From contig CACXED010000087.1 in assembly GCA_902766575.1 (NCBI GenBank), positions 1-35,834 of the forward strand: 35,834 nt of DNA, in the 5' to 3' direction. Position 1 is the first letter of the stretch; every line of letters begins with the position of its first letter. Shown here in pieces: positions 1 to 10,562 of the stretch. The stretch comes from an uncultured Ruminococcus sp. (lineage in GTDB: Bacteria > Bacillota > Clostridia > Oscillospirales > CAG-272). The translations under genes and the position numbers were made by a program. The notes beneath the pieces were generated by a model that was not told where the DNA came from, did no database searches, and saw only the letters and a program-made list of their open reading frames with translations.

Positions 1-46
1 CGGCAATAATATTATACAATATTGTCTCAGCTTTGTCAAGACCCGT

Positions 47-1486
47 TCAGCCCTTTTTCAGCGCTTCGGACAGAAGCCTGTCGAGTATGACCGGATCGCC
101 TCTGCCTCCGGTCTTAGCCATTATCCTGCCCATGATCGCCTTTGCGGCAGACAGCTTTCCGGCTCTGTAGGACTCGACGGCTTTCGGGTCGGCGGCGAGA
201 GCCTCGTCCACATAGCAACGGAGGACAGCTTCGTCGCGTATCTGCTCAAGGCCGCGCTCGCGGACGATAGTCTCAGGATCGGAGTCGGGCGAGTCGCAGA
301 GCATCCGCACCAGCTTTTTCGCGGTCGTGCTGTTGATCCTGCCCGAGCCGGACATTTCGGCAACCGACGCTAACCTTTCCGGCGCTATCGGTATCGCGAT
401 ATCCTCTCCCGCCGGGAGCAGCGAGAACAGCTCGCCGAGCAGCAGGTTCGCGAGTATTTTCGGATAGGTCGTCAGCTTCGCCGCCGCTTCGAAATAATCC
501 GCGACAGCCGGGTCGGAGACTATCTGCTCCGCGTCCTTTGCGGTCAGTCCGAGCCTTTCGGTGTAGTCAGCCCGGCGCTCGTCCGGCAGTCTCGGGATAT
601 CGCGCCGTATGCGCTCGATTTCGCCGTCCGTGAGGATGATCGGCGGCAGATCGGGGTCGGAGAAATAGCGATAATCGTCGGCGTTCTCCTTGACGCGCAT
701 CGTGAAGGTCCTGCCAGTCGCCGGGTCGAAACGTCTTGTCTCCTGCAAAACTCTGCCGCCCGACTCGATGAGCTCGACCTGACGGCGGTATTCGTACTCG
801 ATTGCTTTCTCGATGAAGCTGAAGGAGTTCAGATTTTTCATCTCGGTGCGGGTTCCGAGCCTTGTCTCGCCGCGCTTTCGAACCGACAGATTCACGTCGC
901 AGCGCAGCGAGCCCTCGTTCATTTTGCAGTCCGAAACTCCGGCGCAGAGGAGTATCGAGCGCAGCTTGCGCACATAGCCCGAAGCCTCCTCTGGCGAGCG
1001 GATATCCGGCTCGGAGACGATCTCGATAAGCGGCACTCCGCAGCGGTTGAGGTCGATAAGCGTACCCTTATCGTGGTCGTGGATGAGCTTTCCGGCGTCC
1101 TCCTCGATGTGTATGCGGGTGACGCCGATACGCTTTTTGCCGCTTTCGGTCTCGACGTCTACAAAGCCGCTCTCACAGAGCGGACGGTCGAACTGCGAGA
1201 TCTGATAGGCTTTCGGCAGATCGGGATAGAAGTAGTTCTTGCGATCCTCTCGGGAGAAGCGCGCGATTTCGCAGTTCAGCGCCAGTCCGGCTCTGACGGC
1301 GAGCTCCACGACCTGACTGTTCAGCACCGGCAGCGCGCCCGGCATACCCGAGCAGACCGGACAGCACTGAGTGTTCGGCTCGGCTCCGAATTTCGTCGGA
1401 CAGGAGCAGAATATCTTCGACGCGGTTTTAAGCTCGGCGTGAACCTCGAGCCCGCAGACAAGCTCGTAATCATTGAGATATTTCAT
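47..1486 (-). CDS. gatB: Asp/Glu-tRNA(Asn/Gln) amidotransferase subunit B
   Basis: 479-aa ORF with ATG start and TGA stop. The N-terminus MKYLNDYELVCGLEVHAELKTASKIFCSC and the C-terminal YqeY-like tail are typical of GatB. It has an ATGA overlap with gatA and sits in gatC-gatA-gatB order. Confidence 0.95.
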   Translation of the reverse strand: MKYLNDYELVCGLEVHAELKTASKIFCSCPTKFGAEPNTQCCPVCSGMPGALPVLNSQVVELAVRAGLALNCEIARFSREDRKNYFYPDLPKAYQISQFDRPLCESGFVDVETESGKKRIGVTRIHIEEDAGKLIHDHDKGTLIDLNRCGVPLIEIVSEPDIRSPEEASGYVRKLRSILLCAGVSDCKMNEGSLRCDVNLSVRKRGETRLGTRTEMKNLNSFSFIEKAIEYEYRRQVELIESGGRVLQETRRFDPATGRTFTMRVKENADDYRYFSDPDLPPIILTDGEIERIRRDIPRLPDERRADYTERLGLTAKDAEQIVSDPAVADYFEAAAKLTTYPKILANLLLGELFSLLPAGEDIAIPIAPERLASVAEMSGSGRINSTTAKKLVRMLCDSPDSDPETIVRERGLEQIRDEAVLRCYVDEALAADPKAVESYRAGKLSAAKAIMGRIMAKTGGRGDPVILDRLLSEALKKG

Positions 1487-2910
1487 AGCTTCGGTTTCTC
1501 CTTGGATCTGTCCCGCTCAAAGGCGTATCCGGCGCGGTAGATCAGCGCTTCCGAAAACTCGCGTCCGATGAGCTGCATACCGATCGGAAGCCCCTCGCTG
1601 TCCTCGCCGCAGGGCATCGAGAGCGCGGGCAGTCCGGCAAGGCTCGCCGGGACGGTGAAAATGTCGGCGAGATACCTCGAAACCGGGTCGGGCTTCTCTC
1701 CGAAGCGCCAGGCCGTCGTCGGAGCGACCGGAGAGATTATCAGATCGCACCTCTCAAACGCCGACGCGAAGCTCTGCTTCACGGTCGAGCGGACTCTCAT
1801 CGCCTTTTTGTAGTACTCGTCGTAATAGCCCGACGAGAGCACGAAGGTGCCGAGCATTATCCGGCGCTTGACCTCGTCGCCGAAGCCCTCGCCGCGGGAT
1901 TTTTCGTACAGCTCCTCGATATCCGTGAAGCTCTCCGAGCGCCGTCCGTAGCGCACGCCGTCGAAACGAGCGAGGTTCGACGAAGCCTCGGCGCTCGAGA
2001 TGATGTAATAGGCGGGCAGAGCGTATTTCAGCATACTCAGCGAGACACGCTCCAGCTTTGCTCCGAGCCGCTCAAAGCGCTCAGCCGCAGCTAAAACGGC
2101 AGTTCGGACAGGCTCGCTGACCTCGTCGCCGAAGAACTCGTCGGGAACGCCTATCACGAGCCCTTTAACGCCGCCGGAAATATTCTCCGTGAAGTCCTCG
2201 CGCTCGCCGACAGAGGTCGCGTCGCGGGAATCCTTTCCGGCTATCGCTCCGAGCACGAGCGCATTGTCGTAAATATCCTTTGTGATCGGGCCTATCTGGT
2301 CAAGCGACGACGCGAAGGCGACCAGCCCGTACCGCGAGACCCTGCCGTAGGTCGGCTTCATGCCGACCACTCCGCAGAACGCCGTCGGCTGTCTCACCGA
2401 GCCGCCTGTGTCCGAGCCGAGCGCGAAGGGCGCTTCATCCGCCGCAACCGCCGCTGCCGCTCCGCCCGAGCTTCCGCCCGGAACGCGGTCGAGAGCTTTC
2501 GGATTGCGGGTCTTTTTGAAATATGAGTTCTCGGTCGTCGAGCCCATCGCGAACTCGTCCATATTCAGCTTTCCGAGCAGCACGCAGCCCGATTTCCCGA
2601 GCCTTTCCGAGACGGTTGACTCATATGGCGGCACGAAATTCTCGAGCATCCTCGACGCGCAGGTCGTGCGTATGCCCTTTGTGCAGATATTGTCCTTGAG
2701 CGCGAAAGGGATTCCCGAAAGTCCTCCGGCGTTGCAGTCAGCCCTTTCCGCGTCGCTCAGAGCACGCTCTGAGCAGATAGTCAGATACGCGCCGAGCTCA
2801 ACGTCTCTTTCGGCGATCCGGTCGAGATAAGCCTTTGTCAGCTCGACCGACGAAATCTCCCGCGACGCGAGCAGCTCTGCAAGCTGTGCGACTGTGTATC
2901 CGAGCTCCAT
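1483..2910 (-). CDS. gatA: Asp/Glu-tRNA(Asn/Gln) amidotransferase subunit A
   Basis: 475 aa with the amidase signature PGGSSGGAAAAVAA and GSDTGGSVRQP. It lies between gatC and gatB. Confidence 0.95.
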   Translation of the reverse strand: MELGYTVAQLAELLASREISSVELTKAYLDRIAERDVELGAYLTICSERALSDAERADCNAGGLSGIPFALKDNICTKGIRTTCASRMLENFVPPYESTVSERLGKSGCVLLGKLNMDEFAMGSTTENSYFKKTRNPKALDRVPGGSSGGAAAAVAADEAPFALGSDTGGSVRQPTAFCGVVGMKPTYGRVSRYGLVAFASSLDQIGPITKDIYDNALVLGAIAGKDSRDATSVGEREDFTENISGGVKGLVIGVPDEFFGDEVSEPVRTAVLAAAERFERLGAKLERVSLSMLKYALPAYYIISSAEASSNLARFDGVRYGRRSESFTDIEELYEKSRGEGFGDEVKRRIMLGTFVLSSGYYDEYYKKAMRVRSTVKQSFASAFERCDLIISPVAPTTAWRFGEKPDPVSRYLADIFTVPASLAGLPALSMPCGEDSEGLPIGMQLIGREFSEALIYRAGYAFERDRSKEKPKL

Positions 2911-3195
2911 TCAATCCTCCTCCGAGACGACTCTCGGCACGCGAAAGCATCCGTCCGCGCTGTCAGGCGAGTTCGCGAGCAGCTCTCCGCGTCCGAGACA
3001 GGGCTTTGTCCCGTCATCGCGGAGAACATTGAAAAGCGCCGGCCCGGCGTCGGGAGCAGTCTCGCCGACGCCTGCCAGCATATCGTAAAACTCAACTATA
3101 TCCGAAAGCTCGCCGCAGAGCCGCGCCTTTTCCTCATCGGTGAGCTTCAGCCGCGCGAGCTTCGCTAACTTTTCCACATCAATTTCTGTTTTCAT
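2911..3195 (-). CDS. gatC: Asp/Glu-tRNA(Asn/Gln) amidotransferase subunit C
   Basis: 94 aa with the GatC-like KLAKLARLKLTDEE motif. Its stop directly abuts the gatA start. Confidence 0.88.
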   Translation of the reverse strand: MKTEIDVEKLAKLARLKLTDEEKARLCGELSDIVEFYDMLAGVGETAPDAGPALFNVLRDDGTKPCLGRGELLANSPDSADGCFRVPRVVSEED

Positions 3196-3601
3196 TGGGT
3201 CTCCTGATCATCCTTATCTCATAGATCGCCAGAGCTGCCGACGCGGCGAGCAGCAGATTTATCACCGCTCCGACAGCCGTAAAGCTCATTCCCATCGGTA
3301 TCTGCGAAAAGCAGATCACCGCCGCTGCCGCCGAAAGCGCCGCAACGAGCTTAAAAAAGCCCTCGCCCGCCTCAAAAACCATGCCGCAGAGCCATAAAAC
3401 CAGCAGAACGCTCGTCAGCAGCGCCACGATCAGCGGCTGTATATGTCCGTAAAAGAACGGATAGAGCGAAAAATACGAGCGCATCGAGACGATAGTCTCG
3501 TCCGGGCTCGGCGCGAGCACCAGCTTCACGCCGAAAGGGAGCGCTTCGAGAACAAACGCCGCCAGCATATCAAATATCCCGATAAGCCTGCGCTTTTCCA
3601 T
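3179..3601 (-). CDS. small multi-pass membrane protein, unknown function
   Basis: 140 aa with about four hydrophobic helices. AGAGG lies 9 nt upstream of the ATG. The 3' end overlaps the gatC start by 17 nt, making it the first gene of the gatCAB unit. I recognise no family. Confidence 0.6.
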   Translation of the reverse strand: MEKRRLIGIFDMLAAFVLEALPFGVKLVLAPSPDETIVSMRSYFSLYPFFYGHIQPLIVALLTSVLLVLWLCGMVFEAGEGFFKLVAALSAAAAVICFSQIPMGMSFTAVGAVINLLLAASAALAIYEIRMIRRPNENRN

Positions 3602-3683
3602 AATGTCAGACCTCTTTCACAATAATCTTGACATTATAGACGCGCAAATTTACGATTTGTTCCCAATAAAACGAATTTTTCGC

Positions 3684-3713
3684 AAAAAAGGGAGACCGGA
3701 TAGTCTCCCTTTT
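3684..3713 (-). terminator. rho-independent terminator after the aldose epimerase gene
   Basis: Minus strand reads GGGAGAC-tatccg-GTCTCCC followed by TTTTTT (plus-strand stem 3690-3696 / 3703-3709). Confidence 0.75.
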
Positions 3714-3715
3714 GA

Positions 3716-4603
3716 TCAGTCGATTACCTTAACGCTGTAGCCGACCGAATATTTCTCGCCGACGCCGAGCTTTATCGCGTAGGGCTTGTCCTCGAAATTG
3801 CCGGTCTCGCCGAGATGCGCGGGCAGTCCGTTCCACGGCTCGATGCAGACAAACGGAGCCTGCTTCTTCGGCGGCGTCCAGATTCCGAGCGCCTTGAAGC
3901 CCGAGAAATTGAAGTCGATGCCCTTGCCGGTGTTCCTGTTGACGAGCTTGACGCTCGAGCTCTCGAGCTTCTTCGCGAGCAGAACGTCCACGTCGAAGTC
4001 GGCGTAGTCAAGCGCCCACTCGTTGGTGTTCTTCAGCTTGTCGGTGACAGGCAGCGCAGCGTCTATGTAGCCTCCGCCGTAGTTCGTCGTGTAGATAACG
4101 TCCTCGTTCTCGACCTTTTCAAAGACGAGCTTGTAGTCGGAGAAGCTCTCGCCGTCCTTCATCGGGCAGCGGAAGCCTGCGTGACCGCCGATGCAGAACC
4201 AGATATCCTGCGAATCGACATTCTCGACCGTGTATTCGGTCGAGAAGCCCTCGTCGCTGATCTTATGCGTGATCAGCAGTCGGAACCTGTAGGGATAGAC
4301 CTCGTGGGAAGCCTGATTGTCGTAGAGCTCGTAGACCAGCCTGTCCGAGGTCGATTCGAGCAGTCTGAACTCCTGCTTTCTCGCAAAGCCGTGCTTGGGC
4401 AGAGGATACGCCTTGCCGCCGAACTTCACGCTTCCGTCGATAGTCGCGCCTACCGTCGGGAAAAGTATCGGCGCGTGGCTCGGCCAGTACTCGGGGAGCC
4501 CCTGCCAGACGTATTCCTGTCCGTTATGGACATAGGAGATCAGCTCTCCGCCGGTCGTGGAGCCGACGGCGGAGGCTTTTGCGGTTTTTAATAAAGTGTT
4601 CAT
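3716..4603 (-). CDS. aldose 1-epimerase (galactose mutarotase-like) family protein
   Basis: 295 aa. The LPKHGFAR and CIEPWNG motifs are characteristic of the mutarotase-like fold. The start is only 13 nt downstream of the ftsH stop. Confidence 0.85.
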   Translation of the reverse strand: MNTLLKTAKASAVGSTTGGELISYVHNGQEYVWQGLPEYWPSHAPILFPTVGATIDGSVKFGGKAYPLPKHGFARKQEFRLLESTSDRLVYELYDNQASHEVYPYRFRLLITHKISDEGFSTEYTVENVDSQDIWFCIGGHAGFRCPMKDGESFSDYKLVFEKVENEDVIYTTNYGGGYIDAALPVTDKLKNTNEWALDYADFDVDVLLAKKLESSSVKLVNRNTGKGIDFNFSGFKALGIWTPPKKQAPFVCIEPWNGLPAHLGETGNFEDKPYAIKLGVGEKYSVGYSVKVID

Positions 4604-4616
4604 CTGATTCAGCCTT

Positions 4617-6611
<1,995 letters not shown>

Positions 6612-6657
6612 AATTACCTCTCAATCAGATTTTTTGCCGGGGAAATATAAAAACCGT

Positions 6658-7209
6658 TTATCTGCCGCCGTACACCTCGGGGCTGAGCACTCCTATGTAG
6701 GGGAGCGCACGGTATTTTTCGTCGTAATCGAGTCCGTAGCCGACCACGAACTCGTCGGGGATGACCTTTCCGGTGTAGTCGGGAGTGAGGTTGACGGCAG
6801 GGTCGCGTCGTGAGGGCTTGTCAAGCACCGTCGCGATCCTTACGCTGCGCGCGCCCTTGTTCTTGAGATAGGTCGTGAGATAGGAGAGCGTGTGTCCGCT
6901 GTCTATGATATCCTCGATAATTACGATGTCAATATCCGGAAGATCGTTCCTGTAAAGGTCGAGCACGATATTCACCGAGCCGGTCGACTTTGTCCCCGAG
7001 CCGTAGGACGAGACCTTCATAAAGTCGATCTCGACCGGTATGCTGATTTTTTTCATCAGATCGCCCATAAAGACGACCGAGCCCTTGAGTATGCAGAGCA
7101 GTAAAAGCCGCTTTCCCTCATAGTCGCGGCTGAGCTCTCCGGCGATCCTTGTGGTGATCTCGTCAAGCTCCTTTTCGGAAACGAGTATTCTTTCAATATC
7201 CTTATTCAT
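6658..7209 (-). CDS. hpt: hypoxanthine phosphoribosyltransferase
   Basis: 183 aa with the PRPP-binding motif VIIEDIIDSGHTL. Sits in the conserved tilS-hpt-ftsH order. Confidence 0.95.
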   Translation of the reverse strand: MNKDIERILVSEKELDEITTRIAGELSRDYEGKRLLLLCILKGSVVFMGDLMKKISIPVEIDFMKVSSYGSGTKSTGSVNIVLDLYRNDLPDIDIVIIEDIIDSGHTLSYLTTYLKNKGARSVRIATVLDKPSRRDPAVNLTPDYTGKVIPDEFVVGYGLDYDEKYRALPYIGVLSPEVYGGR

Positions 7210-8603
7210 GTCAAACCCTCATTATTATAAAAGAAGACTATCTCGCGCCCATCCGAGCCGTCCGACGCATCGCGGTCGGCAGGCGGAAATCCAGGTACCC
7301 AGACGATACCCTCATCGTCGCATAAGATCGGTATTTTCGAGCGGATATCCGCGCCAAGCCCGCGGTCACAGAACAGCTTTTTGAGCTTCCGTGTCATTTT
7401 GCCGTATACATAGCAGTCTCCCGGCCGCCTTGAGCGCACAAACAATATATTATTTATTGTATCAGATTTTAACCTTATGTGTATTGATAATTTGTAAAAT
7501 TTTTTTAGAGTTTCGATATCTTTTTCAAAATCGCCGTCAGACGCTTCCTTAACCGGAAGATACAGCGCGAAATTGCGCCCGTCAAAGCGGTTTATCCCCG
7601 GCCTCAGCTCAAAGTAAAACTCACCCGCCGGAGCTTTTTTCTCTCTGGTGAACACAAGCTCTCCGCGCACGATAACGGCGTAAACCCGGTCGGGCAGCGT
7701 AAGCTCTCCGCGTCCGGCTCCGCAGAGCGCGAGCACAGCCTCGATATGCCGCGACGATAGCGCCGCGTCCGAGACTTTTGCGTAAAGTCTGACGACCGCC
7801 CGCGAGGCTATCGCCCGGTGAGCGCCGTTCAGCTCTGCGAGCTCTATCCTGTCCGCGCCGCCGATAAGCTTCTCAGCCGCAAGGTCGAGATATTCGTCGT
7901 CAAAGCGCGCGCTTTTTGCGAGCCGCTCAGCCGCTTCGGGAAAAGCCGGGTTCAGCCTTTCGATCATCGGCATCAGCTCATGGCGGATGAAATTCCGCGT
8001 GTAGGCGGTGTCGTCGTTGGTGCTGTCAAAGACGTATTCTATCGAATTTTCGGAGCAGTATTCAAGTATCTCCCGCTTGGTGCAGGCGATGAGCGGGCGA
8101 ACGACCGTATAGTCTCCCAGCGCTCTGACCGGAGGAATCCCTCCGAGCCCGCCGACCGAGCTCCCGCGGATCAGGTTGAACAGCAGGGTCTCTGCATTGT
8201 CGTCGGCGTTGTGAGCCGTAGCGGCGGTGTCGAGCCGCGGATCCTCCGCGATCAGCCTTGAAAAGGTCTCGTAGCGGAAATCCCGCGCGGTCTCCTCAAC
8301 GCCCCTGCCCGAGGTTCTCGCCAGAGCGGGTATATCGGCTCTGACCAGCTCAAAATCGACTCCGAGCGCCCGGCAGGCGCTACGGCAGAACTCCGCGTCG
8401 CGGTCAGCCTCGGAGCCGCGTATCCCGTGATGGACGTGAACGGCTCTCAGATATATCCCGCGTCTGCGGCACTCTGCGGAAAGCAGTCTCAGCAGCGCCG
8501 AGGAATCGGCTCCGCCCGAATAACCGACGAGCACGCCCTTTCTGCCGTCGAGCATCGAGTGCTCTCCGAGCGTCCGTGTGAATTTTGCGTATACAGAGTC
8601 CAT
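7206..8603 (-). CDS. tilS: tRNA(Ile)-lysidine synthetase
   Basis: 465 aa with the PP-loop VGYSGGADSSAL. ATGA overlap with hpt. Confidence 0.93.
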   Translation of the reverse strand: MDSVYAKFTRTLGEHSMLDGRKGVLVGYSGGADSSALLRLLSAECRRRGIYLRAVHVHHGIRGSEADRDAEFCRSACRALGVDFELVRADIPALARTSGRGVEETARDFRYETFSRLIAEDPRLDTAATAHNADDNAETLLFNLIRGSSVGGLGGIPPVRALGDYTVVRPLIACTKREILEYCSENSIEYVFDSTNDDTAYTRNFIRHELMPMIERLNPAFPEAAERLAKSARFDDEYLDLAAEKLIGGADRIELAELNGAHRAIASRAVVRLYAKVSDAALSSRHIEAVLALCGAGRGELTLPDRVYAVIVRGELVFTREKKAPAGEFYFELRPGINRFDGRNFALYLPVKEASDGDFEKDIETLKKFYKLSIHIRLKSDTINNILFVRSRRPGDCYVYGKMTRKLKKLFCDRGLGADIRSKIPILCDDEGIVWVPGFPPADRDASDGSDGREIVFFYNNEGLT

Positions 8604-8628
8604 CGGGTCTCCCTTGGAGAGACGGCTT

Positions 8629-9969
8629 TCAGCGCGAAACGCCGCTCTCCTCCTCCTTTGCGAGAGAGGTAAATTTTGTGAACTGACCGAACCAGCCCAT
8701 CGTCACCTTTCCGGTAGCTCCGTGGCGGTTCTTTGCGATGATGACGTCGGCGACGTTCTGCTTTGTGGGATCGTTGCCGTAGTAATCGCGGGAGAGGAAC
8801 ATTACGACGTCGGCGTCCTGCTCTATCGCTCCCGAGTCGCGCAGGTCGGAGAGCATCGGCGTCTTGTCGGTTCTCGACTCGGGGCTTCGGGAGAGCTGCG
8901 CGCAGCAGACGAGCGGCACCTGAAGCTCCTTTGCGAGGATCTTCAGATTTCTCGAAATATCGGCGACCTCCTGCACACGGTTGTCGATCCTGCGATCCGA
9001 CTGCATGAGCTGGAGATAGTCGATCACGACAAGCCCGAGGTTCTTGACCCGGCGGAGCTTGGATTTCATTCCGGTGGCGGTGATTCCGGTGGTGTCGTCG
9101 ATCAGGATATCGCACTCCGAAAGTCCCGCCGAGGCGTGCGCCAGCTTGTTCCAGTCGTCGTCCTCAAGCTCGCCCGAGCGGATCTTGTGGCTGTCGACCA
9201 GAGCCTCGCTCGAGAGCATACGCGAGACGAGCTGCTCGGCCGACATTTCAAGCGAAAATATGCAGACGGCTCTTTTCGTCTCCTTTGCGACGTTGGTGGC
9301 TATGTTGAGCGCAAAGCTCGTCTTACCGACGCCGGGACGGGCTCCGATCAGAATAAGATCGCTCTTGCCCATTCCGACGAGCACGTTGTCGAGATCTCCA
9401 AAACCGGTCGGCGTTCCGATGGTCTCCTCGCGGTTCTCCCTCAGATCGTGCAGATGCTGATAGGCAGCGACGATGACGTCCCGGATATGCACAAAGCCCT
9501 TCTGCTCGTTGCCCTGAGCTATAGAGAATATCTTCTGCTCGGCGCTTCCGATGATGTGAACGACGTCGTCCTGAGCCGCGTAGGCCGACTCGGAGATCTC
9601 GTCCGACGCTTCGATGAGCTGACGCAGCAGGCTTTTGTCCTTGACGATGCGGGCGTAGTCGGCGGCGTTGGCAGCGGAGGGAACGACTCCGGCGAGGAGC
9701 TTGACATATTCCTCGCAGCCGCTCCGCTCGAGCACGCCGCGCTTTACCAGAGCGTCGATCAGCGTAACGACGTCGATGCTCCGGTTCTGGAGATAGAGAT
9801 CCTGCATCGCGAGGTAGATCTCGCGGTGATTTTCGACGTGGAAATCGTCGCTTTTGAGGATTCCGGCGATGATGTTGATCGTCTCGGGGTCGATGAGGAT
9901 CGAACCGAGCACCGACTGCTCCGCTTCCAGCGAGAAAGGCAGCTTTCTCACAGAAAGATTGTCAGCCAT
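8629..9969 (-). CDS. dnaB: replicative DNA helicase
   Basis: 446 aa with a DnaB N-terminal domain (PFSLEAEQSVLGSIL) and Walker A GARPGVGKTSF. No intein-sized insertion. Confidence 0.97.
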   Translation of the reverse strand: MADNLSVRKLPFSLEAEQSVLGSILIDPETINIIAGILKSDDFHVENHREIYLAMQDLYLQNRSIDVVTLIDALVKRGVLERSGCEEYVKLLAGVVPSAANAADYARIVKDKSLLRQLIEASDEISESAYAAQDDVVHIIGSAEQKIFSIAQGNEQKGFVHIRDVIVAAYQHLHDLRENREETIGTPTGFGDLDNVLVGMGKSDLILIGARPGVGKTSFALNIATNVAKETKRAVCIFSLEMSAEQLVSRMLSSEALVDSHKIRSGELEDDDWNKLAHASAGLSECDILIDDTTGITATGMKSKLRRVKNLGLVVIDYLQLMQSDRRIDNRVQEVADISRNLKILAKELQVPLVCCAQLSRSPESRTDKTPMLSDLRDSGAIEQDADVVMFLSRDYYGNDPTKQNVADVIIAKNRHGATGKVTMGWFGQFTKFTSLAKEEESGVSR

Positions 9970-9972
9970 GAC

Positions 9973-10422
9973 TTACTTTTCTTCGGTCACAACGACGGTG
10001 ATCTTTCCGATGACGTCGGCATGGAGCTTGACGTCGACCACCGTCTTGCCGAACGCCTTGATCGGGCTTGCGAGCTGGATCTTGCGCTTGTCGACGGTGA
10101 TATCCGCGGTCGCCTTGAGCTGCTCGGCGATGTCCTTGGAGGTAACGGAGCCGAGCATGAAGCCGTCGGCGCCGACTCTGCCCTTGAACATGAGCATTAT
10201 CGACTCGAGCTTTGCAGCCGCGTCCTTAGCCGCTGCGAGCTCGACCTCAGCCCTGTGCTTTTCGGACTCCTCGCGTCCCTTGATCTCGTTGAGCGCCTTG
10301 TTGTCGGCTATGACCGCGAGCTTTCTCGGAAGGAGGAAGTTGCGCGCGTAGCCGTCGGACACGTCGATGAGCTGTCCTTTCTTTCCCTGTGATTTTACGT
10401 CCTGAGTGAGTACGACCTTCAT
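9973..10422 (-). CDS. rplI: 50S ribosomal protein L9
   Basis: 149 aa. MKVVLTQDVKSQGKKGQLIDVSDGYARNFLLP is the canonical L9 N-terminus. Its stop lies 3 nt upstream of the dnaB start. Confidence 0.95.
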   Translation of the reverse strand: MKVVLTQDVKSQGKKGQLIDVSDGYARNFLLPRKLAVIADNKALNEIKGREESEKHRAEVELAAAKDAAAKLESIMLMFKGRVGADGFMLGSVTSKDIAEQLKATADITVDKRKIQLASPIKAFGKTVVDVKLHADVIGKITVVVTEEK

Positions 10423-10562
10423 TTTAATTACCCTGCCCCCGTCTTTCGCGAAGGCTGTCCTTTCTCCCCTGTCCGGGGCAAACGCGCGGCTGAATATCGC
10501 CGCGCTGAAATTATTTTATCCGTCATTGCGGGCAAGAGCTATCCTGACCCGCCGGGGCGGTA

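Noticed and set aside
8578-10392. 604-aa plus-strand ORF antisense to dnaB and rplI. Similar long antisense ORFs are 11193-12500, 5766-6650, 3815-4591 and 17654-18697.
   Set aside because: They lie opposite genes with unmistakable conserved motifs. With G/C-ending codons, the codons whose complements give antisense stops (TTA, CTA, TCA) are rare, so long stop-free antisense frames arise automatically. The translations are low-complexity and R/A/G/D/V-rich, with no SD and no motifs.
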